Shown here: one piece after another, positions 38,182-48,370 of the stretch | Layout: every line of letters starts with the position of its first letter | Numbering within the stretch: the stretch's first letter is position 1 | Source: an uncultured Lachnospiraceae bacterium | GTDB lineage: Bacteria; Bacillota; Clostridia; Lachnospirales; Lachnospiraceae | Reading direction: 5' to 3' | Length of the DNA stretch: 56,777 bases | NCBI GenBank assembly: GCA_902797075.1 | Contig: CADBRO010000189.1 | Coordinates: 1-56,777, forward strand | The notes under the pieces: generated by a model | The model's input: the letters and a program-made list of their open reading frames with translations, nothing else | Database searches by the model: none | Told to the model about the DNA's origin: nothing | Program-made: the position numbers and the translations under genes

Positions 38182-38210
38182 AATCAACAGTAATGAGGGA
38201 GGATCGCCGC

Positions 38211-38798
38211 ATGGACATTCTGTTCATTGCGGGCAGTATTCTGCTCGGCGCCGGACTTGCGATGGATGCATTTTCCGTATCCGTCGCAAATGCGGTCAGC
38301 AGTCCCGGGATGGGAAAGAGAAGAGCTCTGGCCATCGCCGGGACGTTTGCGTTTTTTCAGTTTCTGATGCCGCTTGCGGGATGGCTGGCAGTGCATACGA
38401 TCATCGGGTATTTCAGGATGTTTGCCCATCTGATCCCCTGGATCGCCCTCGCGCTTCTTTCGCTGATCGGCGGGCGTATGGTTCTGGAAGGAATCCGCGG
38501 GAATGCGGATGAACCCACGGCCGGTCCCGGACCCGGAACGGGCACTTTGCTTATACAGGGCGTCGCGACTTCGATCGACGCTCTGTCTACAGGTTTTACA
38601 ATCGCCGAATACGATGCCCTGCAGGCGTTTGTCTGTGCGGGCATTATCGCTGCCGTGACATTTGCTCTTTGTTCCGCCGGGCTTGCGCTCGGACGCAGAA
38701 TCGGCATCCGGGCGGGCGAACGGGCCGGAATTGCCGGAGGGATCATTCTGATCTGTATCGGAATTATGATTTTTGTCAGACATTTTGCCGGAATTTAA
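38211..38798 (+). CDS. mntP: Manganese efflux pump MntP family
   Basis: GLAMDAFSVS, FQFLMP..GW, ATSIDAL; ATG 38211 after GGGAGG. Confidence 0.9.
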   Translation: MDILFIAGSILLGAGLAMDAFSVSVANAVSSPGMGKRRALAIAGTFAFFQFLMPLAGWLAVHTIIGYFRMFAHLIPWIALALLSLIGGRMVLEGIRGNADEPTAGPGPGTGTLLIQGVATSIDALSTGFTIAEYDALQAFVCAGIIAAVTFALCSAGLALGRRIGIRAGERAGIAGGIILICIGIMIFVRHFAGI

Positions 38799-38806
38799 AC
38801 TAATAA

Positions 38807-38835
38807 TTTACAAAAACAATTTTTTGCGTTAAAGT
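38807..38835 (+). promoter_or_regulatory. Putative sigma-A promoter of Liv-type ABC operon
   Basis: TTTACA-17 nt-TAAAGT, with an adjacent TATAAT at 38836-38841. Confidence 0.4.
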
Positions 38836-39024
38836 TATAATGTGATAAAAACACGGGTGTCGAAGAAGATGATCCGGTTTTTCGCATTGTATGCTGACAT
38901 ACAAGGAGGTATGTGCGGTTCCCTGCGGAAACTGCCTGCCTCATTTTTATTATCCGGGTTGTTACGCGGAAAAAGGAAGATATTTCGTGATATCCCGTCT
39001 GACCAATGAAAAGGAGAATGTGAC

Positions 39025-39798
39025 GTGTCGGTTTTACTGGAAGCCAGAAACTGCGGAAAGTCGTTTAAAGGCCTGCAGGCCGTGAAGGATTTTTCCGCCC
39101 GGATTGAAGAGGGGAAGATCTACGGCCTGATCGGAACAAACGGGGCAGGAAAGACCACCGTAATCAATATGCTGTCCGGCGTCCTTACTCCGACTTCCGG
39201 CACCATCCTTTACGAGGGCCGGGACATTACCGGCTGGAAGCCGGACCGCGTGGCGAAGGCCGGTATTCTTCGGACTTATCAGAACCTCCGGCTGTTCGGA
39301 AAGATGACGGCAGCCGAAAATACGCTGATTGGGGCCCAGATGCACAGACAGTACGGGTTTCTTGACGGCCTGCTTCACACAAAGCGATTCGCGGAAAATG
39401 AAAAGCGCTATCACGAAAAGGCCATGAAGATGCTTGAAGAGATGGAGATCAGCGCCTATGCGGATTCACGCGCCGACTCGCTTCCCTACGGAAGCCAGCG
39501 AAGGCTGGAGATTGCAAGAATCCTTGCCGCTGACCCGAAGCTTATTCTTCTGGATGAACCTGCTGCAGGAATGAACCCGCAGGAGAGTGCCGATCTTGTG
39601 AGAGCGATACGGCACGCAAGGGAAGAGTTTAATCTGACGGTGCTTTTGATTGAGCATGATATGAAGGTCATTATGAACCTCTGCGAGTATATTTATGTGA
39701 TGGCATCAGGCGAGGTCATCGCCAGCGGGACGCCCGAGGAGATAAGGAGCGATCCGAAGGTTATCGCCGCATATCTTGGGAGGCAGACGAATGCTTGA
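39025..39798 (+). CDS. livG: Branched-chain amino acid-type ABC ATPase (LivG-like)
   Basis: GTNGAGKTT, RTYQNLRLF, LPYGSQRRLEIAR, LLDEPAAGMN, IEHDM; GTG after AAGGAG. Confidence 0.9.
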   Translation: MSVLLEARNCGKSFKGLQAVKDFSARIEEGKIYGLIGTNGAGKTTVINMLSGVLTPTSGTILYEGRDITGWKPDRVAKAGILRTYQNLRLFGKMTAAENTLIGAQMHRQYGFLDGLLHTKRFAENEKRYHEKAMKMLEEMEISAYADSRADSLPYGSQRRLEIARILAADPKLILLDEPAAGMNPQESADLVRAIRHAREEFNLTVLLIEHDMKVIMNLCEYIYVMASGEVIASGTPEEIRSDPKVIAAYLGRQTNA

Positions 39799-40501
39799 AA
39801 TTAGGGATCTGGTGGTAAAATACGGCGGAATAACCGCAGTTAAGGGTATATCGCTCGATATCCGCAAAGGGGAGACCGTAGCCCTGATCGGAGCCAACGG
39901 GGCCGGCAAGAGTTCGACGCTTCACGCGATATCGGGACTCATCCGGACAGCCGGCGGGAAGATTATATTCGACGGAACGGATATTACCGGACTTGGCGCT
40001 GACAAAATCGTCAGCATGGGACTTGTCCAGGTTCCGGAGGGACGGCAGATTTTCACGAGGCTGACCGTCGAGGAAAATCTCAGAATGGGAGCTTATGTTA
40101 ACCGGGACAGAGCTGATGCAGAGAAGAATTACGAGACGGCCCTTAATCTGTTTCCGATTCTGAAAGAGCGTGCAAAACAGTCTGCAGGAACGCTTTCGGG
40201 AGGAGAGCAGCAGATGCTCGCAATTGGAAGAGCTCTCATGAGTTCTCCGAAAATGCTTCTGCTCGACGAGCCTTCCATGGGCTTATCTCCGATCATGACT
40301 GCTGAGGTATTCGGCGTGCTGAAAAGTCTCAAGGAGAAAGGCATTACTGTCTTTGTTATTGAGCAGAATGCCTATGACGCGCTGGAGCTGGCGGACCGCG
40401 CGTATATTATGGAAACCGGAACCATTTCGCTCGAAGGCTCAAGCGGGGATCTGATTGAGGACGAGAGGGTGAAGGCTGCCTATCTCGGAGGTGACATATG
40501 A
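39791..40501 (+). CDS. livF: Branched-chain amino acid-type ABC ATPase (LivF-like)
   Basis: GANGAGKS, VPEGRQIF, LSGGEQQMLAIGRALM, DEPSMGL. Confidence 0.92.
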   Translation: MLEIRDLVVKYGGITAVKGISLDIRKGETVALIGANGAGKSSTLHAISGLIRTAGGKIIFDGTDITGLGADKIVSMGLVQVPEGRQIFTRLTVEENLRMGAYVNRDRADAEKNYETALNLFPILKERAKQSAGTLSGGEQQMLAIGRALMSSPKMLLLDEPSMGLSPIMTAEVFGVLKSLKEKGITVFVIEQNAYDALELADRAYIMETGTISLEGSSGDLIEDERVKAAYLGGDI

Positions 40502-41397
40502 TTAATACCGCGTATTTCCTCAGTATGTTGATCAGCGGATTAAAGCTGGGAAGCATCTATGCCATCGTCGCGATCGGATATTCGATCGTTTACGGTATCC
40601 TCCGCCTGATCAATTTTGCGCACGGCGACATCATGACGATCGGGGTTTATGTGATTCTCATGCTGATGAACTCCGCCGGCATGCCGATTTTCGTTTCGCT
40701 GATTGTATCCGTCGGATTCAGCATAGTAGTCGGTCTTTTGATCGAGAGGCTTGCTTACAGACCTCTCCGGGACGCGACGGAAGAGACGACGCTGATTTCA
40801 TCACTGGCGGTTTCAGCACTGCTCCAGAATCTTCTCCAGATGATTTTTTCCGCCCAAAGGCAGCCGTTTCTTCTTCCGAAATGGCTTACGGCGGCGCACA
40901 GGATCGGGATCGTCAATCTCTCGACCATCAATATCATTACATTTATCGTTACGCCCGTTTTCCTTATCATTCTTCACTATATCCTGAAAAAAACGAAGAT
41001 CGGAACAGCGATGCGCGCGTGCTCCGAAAATCTTACGGCAGCGAGACTGATGGGCGTTAACGTGAACAGGGTTGTCATGACGGCGTTTGCCATCGGATCA
41101 GGCCTTGCGGTCGTCGCCGGACTTCTGCTTGCCGGAGAGTATAAGACCGTCTATCCTTCACTTGGTTTCGTACCGGGACTTAAAGCATTCTGCGCTGCCG
41201 TTATCGGCGGAATCGGAAGTCTCGGCGGAGCCGTCACCGGGGCATTTATCATCGGCGTAGCCGAGATGCTCTTTGCAGGTCTCATGCCGACGACGATGAC
41301 GGCCTATCGTGATGCGTTTGTATTTCTTCTTATGGTCGTCGTTCTGCTGTTCCGTCCGAACGGGCTTTTCGGCGGCAGTGAAGCTGCCAGAAGCTGA
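40498..41397 (+). CDS. livH: Liv-type ABC permease (LivH-like)
   Basis: GSIYA..AIG, LINFAHG, AMRA, KAF.AAVIGGIGS, RPNGLFG. Confidence 0.9.
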   Translation: MINTAYFLSMLISGLKLGSIYAIVAIGYSIVYGILRLINFAHGDIMTIGVYVILMLMNSAGMPIFVSLIVSVGFSIVVGLLIERLAYRPLRDATEETTLISSLAVSALLQNLLQMIFSAQRQPFLLPKWLTAAHRIGIVNLSTINIITFIVTPVFLIILHYILKKTKIGTAMRACSENLTAARLMGVNVNRVVMTAFAIGSGLAVVAGLLLAGEYKTVYPSLGFVPGLKAFCAAVIGGIGSLGGAVTGAFIIGVAEMLFAGLMPTTMTAYRDAFVFLLMVVVLLFRPNGLFGGSEAARS

Positions 41398-41421
41398 CAC
41401 ATGGGAATCGGAGGGTATCGT

Positions 41422-42519
41422 ATGAAGAAAAACAGAATCACGGACAGCAATCTGATACGGCTTGTAATTTTTGTGATCGTGCCGCTGGCTGTTCTTTGCA
41501 GCTGCGCCGCAAAGCCGAAGAGCTATTTTACAGGTATTGTCATTACGATTGGAATCTATATCGTCCTGGCTGCGTCGCTTAACCTGATCAACGGATTTTC
41601 GGGGATGTTCTCCATGGGGCATGCCGCGTTTATGGCGATCGGAGCGTATATCTCTGCTTTCTTTACTCTGGCGCCGCAGGTCAAGGAGAATATGTGCCCG
41701 GGACTTCCGGACTGGCTGATCAGCCTTCAGATTCCCCTGCTTCCGGGACTTATCATCGGAGGAGCTGCCGCTTCCCTTATCGCGCTGATCGTCGGATTCC
41801 CCGTCGTCCGCACCAAGGGGCACTACCTGTCGGTCGTGACACTTGCGCTGATCGTGGTGGTCAGGGCAGTTATTGACAATCAGGGAGACATTACACACGG
41901 ATCGAGAGGACTTACCGGACTGCCGGCCAGATCCACGATTCTGACCGTATACATCGCGGTCGTCGTGACGATGTTCGTTCTTTACCGCGTCACACATTCC
42001 GATTACGGAAGAGGTCTTATTGCCATGAGGGACGATCCGGTTGCCGCACAGACGCTGGGGATCAATCTTGTCAGGAAGAAGATATCCTGCTTTGCGATCA
42101 GCGCCTTCTTTGCCGGAATCGGCGGAGGACTCTGGGGACATTATCTGACAACGATTTCCGCCTCAAATTTCTATTTTTCCAAAAGCTTTGACATTGTGGA
42201 AATGAGTATTATCGGCGGAATGTTCTCCTTAAGCGGAGCTATTCCCGGGGCGATGTTCTACACGATTATCCCGGAATTCCTTGCTCCTCTTGAAAGCGGA
42301 TTTTCCCTTGGATCACTGAAGCTTCCGACGATGTTCGGTCTCTCCAATATTATCATGGCGGTCCTTCTGATCCTTCTGATCATTTTCAGAGGACAGGGCA
42401 TCATGGGCAACAGCGAAATCATTCTGGATACATGGTTCTCGAAGGATACGTATCTCGCGCCATTTCGGAAAGAGGAATATCAGAGACTGGCCGCACTCAT
42501 ACGGCGCAGGTCTTCCTGA
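41422..42519 (+). CDS. livM: Liv-type ABC permease (LivM-like)
   Basis: SLNLING..G.FSMGHAAFMAIGAY, GHYLSVVTL, GRGLIAMRDD; start 41422 (or 41401). Confidence 0.9.
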   Translation: MKKNRITDSNLIRLVIFVIVPLAVLCSCAAKPKSYFTGIVITIGIYIVLAASLNLINGFSGMFSMGHAAFMAIGAYISAFFTLAPQVKENMCPGLPDWLISLQIPLLPGLIIGGAAASLIALIVGFPVVRTKGHYLSVVTLALIVVVRAVIDNQGDITHGSRGLTGLPARSTILTVYIAVVVTMFVLYRVTHSDYGRGLIAMRDDPVAAQTLGINLVRKKISCFAISAFFAGIGGGLWGHYLTTISASNFYFSKSFDIVEMSIIGGMFSLSGAIPGAMFYTIIPEFLAPLESGFSLGSLKLPTMFGLSNIIMAVLLILLIIFRGQGIMGNSEIILDTWFSKDTYLAPFRKEEYQRLAALIRRRSS

Positions 42520-42584
42520 TAGATCCGGGTATCTTTTAAGGACATCCGGAACACAGCAACTCATTTTTTAAAGGAGGTAGGGAA

Positions 42585-43745
42585 ATGAAAACACGCAGAC
42601 TTTTAAGAACGGTTGCATGTGTCGGTCTGGCAGCTGCCATGATGACAGCGATGACCGGAACTGCCGCATTTGCTGACGAGGAGATCGTCGTGGGCGGCAT
42701 TTTCAACATCACGGGGGATCAGTCATCTCTCGACGAGCCGACACAGCGCGGTTTTGATCTCGCGATCGAAGAGATTAATGCCGCGGGCGGTGTAAACGGA
42801 AAGATGCTGAAAGCTGTTTATGATGACGGCAAGACGGACACGGCAGTTTGCGCGAGCAATGCGAAAAAGCAGATCAACAACGACGGAGCCGTTGTTATAG
42901 CGGGCTTTTCGGACAGCGATTTCGCATACGCAGCCGGTGCAGTAGCACAGGAAGCAGGCGTTCCGTTTGTATCGACGGGCGCGACGACACCCGACATTCC
43001 GGCTACCGTCGGTGACTGCGCTTTCCTTTGCGCCTTTGGTGATGACGTCTGCGCGGAAGCCGGAGCGGATTACGCTTTCCAGGAGCTTGGCGCGAAGACA
43101 GCATATGTTCTCACGGATAATTCGATGAGTTATACCACGAATCTTTCGGATTATTTCATCAACCATTTTGAGGAACTCGGCGGAGAAATCGTGCTTCAGG
43201 ATTACTTCTCCAGCGGCGATTATGATGATGCCGCACAGATCGCCCGCTATCAGGCGCTTGGCGAGGAAGCAGGCATTCTCTTTATGGCGACAGGTCCGGA
43301 CGATGCCAGCACGGTGATTGAGCAGTTCCGCTCAGCAGGCGTTACGGGACCGATGATCTCCGGTGACGGCTGGGATACGGATCTCTGGGGTGTTGCAGGT
43401 GATCTCGCAAATGAAAACTGCTTCGTCTGCACTCACTTCTCGGCGGATGACGAGAGCGAAGCTGTTCAGGGATTCCTTTCCGCTTACGAAGAAAAGTACG
43501 GAACCGCTCCTGAAAATGCATTTGCGGCGCTCGGCTATGATACTGCATATCTGATCGCAAAGGCGATTGAGAACTGCGGCGATGATGTGACTCCGGCGGC
43601 TATCCGCGACGCGCTTGAGAATATGAAGGATTTCCCGGGCATCACGGGTACCATTTCCTATTCTGCAGAAACTCATGTCCCGGACAAGACTGTTGTGGTC
43701 TGCCAGGCGGAAGACGGAATGCTGAAGTTCAGAAAGAATATCTGA
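42585..43745 (+). CDS. Liv-type ABC substrate-binding protein
   Basis: Signal peptide; LAIEEINAAGGVNGK, GDGWD, AALGYD, GITGTISY. Confidence 0.9.
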   Translation: MKTRRLLRTVACVGLAAAMMTAMTGTAAFADEEIVVGGIFNITGDQSSLDEPTQRGFDLAIEEINAAGGVNGKMLKAVYDDGKTDTAVCASNAKKQINNDGAVVIAGFSDSDFAYAAGAVAQEAGVPFVSTGATTPDIPATVGDCAFLCAFGDDVCAEAGADYAFQELGAKTAYVLTDNSMSYTTNLSDYFINHFEELGGEIVLQDYFSSGDYDDAAQIARYQALGEEAGILFMATGPDDASTVIEQFRSAGVTGPMISGDGWDTDLWGVAGDLANENCFVCTHFSADDESEAVQGFLSAYEEKYGTAPENAFAALGYDTAYLIAKAIENCGDDVTPAAIRDALENMKDFPGITGTISYSAETHVPDKTVVVCQAEDGMLKFRKNI

Positions 43746-43770
43746 TAAGAGGATATCAAAGGATTTATAC

Positions 43771-43797
43771 GGCGGGCGGGTGCATACTCCGCCCGCC
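43771..43797 (+). other. GC-rich intercistronic stem-loop
   Basis: GGCGGGCGG / CCGCCCGCC stem after the SBP gene. Confidence 0.6.
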
Positions 43798-43843
43798 TGT
43801 GTTAGAATAAAGACGGAAATCCAAAATAAGGAGGAACAGCAAC

Positions 43844-44605
43844 ATGGCCAACAATGAACTTCTTAAACTCACAGCCCATCAGGTGAAAGAAAGAAAATTC
43901 GACAAGGTTATTCTCGCGGTCGGATCCTGTGAAGCGCACGGGAATCATCTGGCGGAAGGTACGGATACACTGGTTTCTTACATGCTTTCCTGCAAAATTG
44001 CCGAAAAAGTGGATGGATTGCTGGTTCTGCCGCCGATTACGGTCGGTTACAGCGCTCACTATGATACATTCCCGTTTACGCTTACGCTCGGGTATGATAC
44101 GGTTACGCAGGTAATCTATGACATTCTTGAATCGGTGCTGCGAAACGGCGTGAATCATATCTTTATCATGAACGGCCATGACGGAAATATCGCGCCGATC
44201 GAGGTTGCGACCCGGAAGATCAAGGAGAAATATCCGGAAGCGAAGATGGTTTCACTTCCGGCATGGTGGGTGACCGCCGGCGAGCTTCTTCCGGAAAATA
44301 CCTTCGAGGTATGGGACGGCCTCGGACATGCAGGCGAAGGAGAGAGCTCCATCGCGTATTATCTGTATCCGCAGTGGAATGAACCGGATCAGGCCAGGGG
44401 ATATGTGCCTGACAGGCTTCCGAAGTATGTGGACGTGAAGTGGGATTTTGCCGAACTCACGAACTGCGCCGCGACGGGAGATCCGACGAAGGCGACTCCG
44501 GAGAAGGGCGAAAAGATGACGGAAGTTCTGGTCAACGCCTGCGTCGAGGCAATCAAAGAACTCGACGAATGCGGATGGGATTACAGAACCAGCGGCATCA
44601 GATAA
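43844..44605 (+). CDS. Creatininase (creatinine amidohydrolase) family protein
   Basis: GSCEAHG.HL..GTD, GYSAHY, NGHDGN, HAGEGE, GDP.KAT.EKG. Confidence 0.9.
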   Translation: MANNELLKLTAHQVKERKFDKVILAVGSCEAHGNHLAEGTDTLVSYMLSCKIAEKVDGLLVLPPITVGYSAHYDTFPFTLTLGYDTVTQVIYDILESVLRNGVNHIFIMNGHDGNIAPIEVATRKIKEKYPEAKMVSLPAWWVTAGELLPENTFEVWDGLGHAGEGESSIAYYLYPQWNEPDQARGYVPDRLPKYVDVKWDFAELTNCAATGDPTKATPEKGEKMTEVLVNACVEAIKELDECGWDYRTSGIR

Positions 44606-44629
44606 TCATTTTAGAACAAATAACGGCGG

Positions 44630-44662
44630 AATCAGCGGAACTCCGGAAGTTCCGCTGATTTT
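44630..44662 (+). terminator. Terminator-like hairpin
   Basis: AATCAGCGGAACT-CCGGA-AGTTCCGCTGATT-TT, a 13-bp perfect stem. Confidence 0.65.
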
Positions 44663-44682
44663 GAGTGTGATGGAGGATTATT

Positions 44683-45654
44683 ATGCTTCCGAGAATCGTG
44701 ATCTACACAACGGGGGGAACTATTCAGTGCTCTAAGGACGCGATCAGCGGCAAAGTAACGCCGGCGATGACCGGAGCGCAGATGCTCGAGAGGCTGACGG
44801 CGCTGAAGGAGCATTTTGAGATCGAGGTCATCGAGCTTTTTAACATGCCGGGATCAGATCTGACTCTGGAGGACGGGCTGATTCTCGCAAAATCGCTTCG
44901 GGAGACCGAGAAGCGGGAGGATATCGACGGAATTGTTGTTCTCCAGGGAACGGATACGATGGATGAAATTCCGTACTTCATCAATGTGACCGTCCGGTGC
45001 AGAAAACCGGTCGTTTTCACCGGATCCATGAAAAGCAGCCATGATCTCTACAGTGACGCTCTCGGCAACGTATACGGAGCCGCCACCGTCGCGGCTGATA
45101 AGAGATCGGTCGGGAGAGGCGTGCTGGTTTATTTCAATGAAACCATATTCTCCGCAGACGATGTCAACAAATATCATTCCAGCAGGATTGATGCGTTTCG
45201 TTCGCCGCTTGGCCCTCTCGGAACCATCATAGAGGACCGGGTCCGCTACTACAGGAGCAATGTCCAGGGAGATGTTTTTGAGATCAATGAGCTCAGAACG
45301 GAGGTTCCGGTTCTGAAATGCTATGCCGGAGTCAGCGCCGGTCTCTTCGATTACATGGTCAGTTCCGGCGCGGGAGCGGTTGTGATCGAGGGTTATGGTA
45401 CGGGCAATATCCCGAACTATCTGTCGGATCCGGTGAGAGCTGCGGTTGAATCCGGAATCATCGTAGTCGTTACAACGCGCTGCGTGGACGGGGAAAGCTA
45501 TGCCTGTTACAATTATGTCGGAGGAGGCGCTCAGATGGAGGAATTCGGCGTGATTCTGAGCGGGGAGCTTAACGCAATCAAAAGCAGGATTCTTCTGATC
45601 ACGATGATTTCCGCCGGGAAAACCTACGATGACATAAAACGGGAATTTATGTAA
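44683..45654 (+). CDS. Asparaginase/glutaminase family amidohydrolase (cytoplasmic)
   Basis: TGGTI and GTDTM catalytic Thr motifs, KPVVFTGS, K.HS..DAF.S, GYGTGN, TTRC; no signal peptide. Confidence 0.9.
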   Translation: MLPRIVIYTTGGTIQCSKDAISGKVTPAMTGAQMLERLTALKEHFEIEVIELFNMPGSDLTLEDGLILAKSLRETEKREDIDGIVVLQGTDTMDEIPYFINVTVRCRKPVVFTGSMKSSHDLYSDALGNVYGAATVAADKRSVGRGVLVYFNETIFSADDVNKYHSSRIDAFRSPLGPLGTIIEDRVRYYRSNVQGDVFEINELRTEVPVLKCYAGVSAGLFDYMVSSGAGAVVIEGYGTGNIPNYLSDPVRAAVESGIIVVVTTRCVDGESYACYNYVGGGAQMEEFGVILSGELNAIKSRILLITMISAGKTYDDIKREFM

Positions 45655-45694
45655 ACCTGTGCGCAAAAAGGCTTCGAAAAAGGAAATACACAAA

Positions 45695-46165
45695 ATGACG
45701 GAATTTGAAAAACTGGAAACGATTGTCCGGAAGCTCCGGGCCCCCGACGGCTGTCCGTGGGACCGGGAACAGACCCACGAAACGCTGAAAGCAACGTGTA
45801 TTGAGGAAGCCGCAGAGGTGGTGTGCGGCATCAATATCCTTAATGAGCGGGGTGATTCGTCAAATCTGAGGGAAGAACTGGGAGACCTGCTTCTTCAGGT
45901 GATTTTTCACGCGCAGATGGCGGAAGACGAGGGTCTGTTCACGATGGACGACGTGATCCGGGACATTTCGCGCAAGATGATCCGGAGACATCCTCATGTT
46001 TTTGAGGACCGCTCCATGACGGAAGAGGACGCCCGGGCGGCCTGGGACGAAATCAAGAAAAGGGAAAAAGCCGGACGGGAGTGGGAAAATGATTTCCTTA
46101 AAGAAGCGTTCGACGAATCGGAACGCCTGATTGACCGGGCAAGAGCAAGAAAAGGCTTTAAGTAA
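45695..46165 (+). CDS. MazG nucleotide pyrophosphohydrolase domain protein (single domain)
   Basis: LRAPDGCPWDREQT, IEEAAEV, EELGDLLLQVIFH, KMIRRHPHVF. Confidence 0.9.
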   Translation: MTEFEKLETIVRKLRAPDGCPWDREQTHETLKATCIEEAAEVVCGINILNERGDSSNLREELGDLLLQVIFHAQMAEDEGLFTMDDVIRDISRKMIRRHPHVFEDRSMTEEDARAAWDEIKKREKAGREWENDFLKEAFDESERLIDRARARKGFK

Positions 46166-46168
46166 TAC

Positions 46169-47047
46169 ATGCGCTGGGAATACACGGAAACTACGCGAAA
46201 TACATATAAGATAACCGGAGCCGCCGGAGTCTCCGGTATCGTTTCGGTGCCCGGCACAATCGGCGGTATCCGGGTGGATGAAATCGGAAGCAGAGCATTT
46301 GAAGGAATGACCGATATCACCGGGCTTGAGCTTCCGGACGGGATCCGGGTGATCGGGAGCTATGCGTTTTACAACTGCAGGAACTTAAGGACCCTGTCAA
46401 TGACCGACAGCACAGAGGAATTATCGGACGGAGCCATCCGCATGTGTCCGAATCTTTCTGAGGTCAGGATCCGCATGCTGCGCAGCGGGTACCGGTTAAT
46501 CAAAGAACTGCTCGGGGATACGGAGAATATGATCCTGCTTGCCCTTTCGCTTCCTGACGGATATGCAAAGCTCGTATTTCCGGGATACTATCAGGAATAC
46601 AGGGAGGATCCCTGGGCGAGGGTGATCCATCAGTCGATCATCGGGAGCGGCTATTCTTACCGGGTATGCGTCTCAAGAAAAGGGATTGACTTTGAGGAGT
46701 ATGACGAGTGCTTTCTGCGGGGTGAGATGGCAGGGGATCCCGCAGCCGATAAAATCGCGCTCGCAAGACTCATGTATCCCTACAGAATATCGGAGCGGGC
46801 TCTTTCATATTACAACGGATATCTGGAAAAACACTGCGGCCGGATTCTCACGCAGCTGGTCATGGACGGAGATTCCGAGGGCTGCGGGTTTCTTGTCCGT
46901 ACGGTCAGGATACCGGACGATGTATTCGATCAGTGCCTGCGGATCGCTTCATCCGAAAGGGAGACTGAAATTACCGGAATTCTTATGGAGGCTGCAGGAG
47001 GAGAGTCCCAAAAGAACGAGCCGGGATCATTTTTCTTTGACATCTGA
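46169..47047 (+). CDS. BspA-type leucine-rich repeat protein (cytoplasmic)
   Basis: VDEIGSRAF, LPDGIRVIGSYAFYNCRNL, CPNL LRR_5-like repeats; no signal peptide; unassigned helical C-terminal part. Confidence 0.75.
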   Translation: MRWEYTETTRNTYKITGAAGVSGIVSVPGTIGGIRVDEIGSRAFEGMTDITGLELPDGIRVIGSYAFYNCRNLRTLSMTDSTEELSDGAIRMCPNLSEVRIRMLRSGYRLIKELLGDTENMILLALSLPDGYAKLVFPGYYQEYREDPWARVIHQSIIGSGYSYRVCVSRKGIDFEEYDECFLRGEMAGDPAADKIALARLMYPYRISERALSYYNGYLEKHCGRILTQLVMDGDSEGCGFLVRTVRIPDDVFDQCLRIASSERETEITGILMEAAGGESQKNEPGSFFFDI

Positions 47048-47062
47048 GGTGGGAATCTGTAA

Positions 47063-48370
47063 ATGGGAAATGCGACCAGCCTGAAAGCAATCGGAGAAAA
47101 GCTGCTCTCCTCGGCAAGGACGGAGCTTTATCTTGCGATGCGCTTTCTGGGACCGGCTCTTATGAGCCTTGAGCCGAAGATGGATATGTCCGTCCGCACG
47201 GTCGGAACAGACGCGCGGACGCTGTATTACCACCCTGTATGGGTGATGAATACATTCATGGAGCATCCGTATGTGCTGACACGGGCTTATCTCCATGTGA
47301 TCATCCACTGCCTGTTCCGTCACATGTATTCCCTGCGGACCCACACGGACAGGGAGCTCTGGGATCTTTCGGCCGATATCGCGGCGGAGGCGCTGATCGA
47401 CTCGATGGACGCGGCGGCAGTGAGACGGACTCCTTCCGATTTCCGTACGGACTGGTATGAGAGGCTTTCGGCTGCGCTTGGAGTTCTGACAGCGGAACGC
47501 GTCTACAGCTATTTCCTCCGGAATACTCCGGAGTATGAGCTGCTTGTGCGGCTTGGCAGGGAATTCGCGTCCGACGATCACCATTACTGGGATCAGCTGG
47601 ACTCAGACGGCGACTCGTCCAAAGACAGCCCCCCGGGCGGACGGGATGCAGCCGAAGAGGCGTGGCAGAGAGCGTCGAGACGCGTTAAGAGCGAGCTTAT
47701 GTCAGAGGAGGGACGCTTCGGAAGGAAAGCCGGTGATCTTTCCCGGGTTCTTTCTTTTGAGCTCACAGACCGGATTTCGTACCGGAGCCTTCTTGAGAAA
47801 TTCGCGGTTTACAGGGAGGAAATGCGGGTGGATCCGGACTCATTTGACTACGGGTTCTATAACTACGGCATGGAGCTTTACGGAAATATGCCGCTGATCG
47901 AAGAAAATGAGTTTGCCCTTCGAAAAACAATCCGGGAGCTGGTGATCGCCATCGATACTTCCGCCTCGATAGACGAGAACACGCTCAGGACATTTCTTTC
48001 TGAAACGGCCGGCGTCCTGCTTGAACGGGAGCGCTTCTCCCAAAGATTTGAAATCCATATCGTCGAGTGCGACGCGAAAATTCAGGAAGAAATGATCATA
48101 ACCGACCCCGATGAACTGACAGCGCTGGCCGGGACGATTGAGCTTAAAGGCGGCGGCGGGACTGATTTCAGGCCGGTTTTCCGTTTTATCGATGAACGTA
48201 AACGGAAAGGCTTTTTCAGGAACCTTGCCGGGCTCATCTATTTTACGGACGGATTCGGGGTATTCCCGGAAGAGGCGCCGCCTTATCTGACCGCGGCCGT
48301 CGTTCCTGAGGACGGACTTGTGATTCAAAGAGATATACCAAACTGGGTGCTGGAGGTCTGCTGCGAATGA
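47063..48370 (+). CDS. DUF2201-type metallopeptidase-like + vWA domain protein
   Basis: GTD..LYY, YLHVIIHCLFRH, WDLSADIA; vWA MIDAS IAIDTSAS, GGGGTDFRPVF, YFTDGFG. Confidence 0.85.
   Translation: MGNATSLKAIGEKLLSSARTELYLAMRFLGPALMSLEPKMDMSVRTVGTDARTLYYHPVWVMNTFMEHPYVLTRAYLHVIIHCLFRHMYSLRTHTDRELWDLSADIAAEALIDSMDAAAVRRTPSDFRTDWYERLSAALGVLTAERVYSYFLRNTPEYELLVRLGREFASDDHHYWDQLDSDGDSSKDSPPGGRDAAEEAWQRASRRVKSELMSEEGRFGRKAGDLSRVLSFELTDRISYRSLLEKFAVYREEMRVDPDSFDYGFYNYGMELYGNMPLIEENEFALRKTIRELVIAIDTSASIDENTLRTFLSETAGVLLERERFSQRFEIHIVECDAKIQEEMIITDPDELTALAGTIELKGGGGTDFRPVFRFIDERKRKGFFRNLAGLIYFTDGFGVFPEEAPPYLTAAVVPEDGLVIQRDIPNWVLEVCCE

Noticed and set aside
38182-38210. yybP-ykoY Mn riboswitch before mntP
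   Set aside because: The gap is under 30 nt, leaving no room for an aptamer; mntP appears co-transcribed with the LCP gene.
38891-39085. Leader peptide or small ORF before the Liv-type operon
   Set aside because: AAGGAGGT abuts an ATG with no spacer; no BCAA-codon run, T-box or convincing CodY box.
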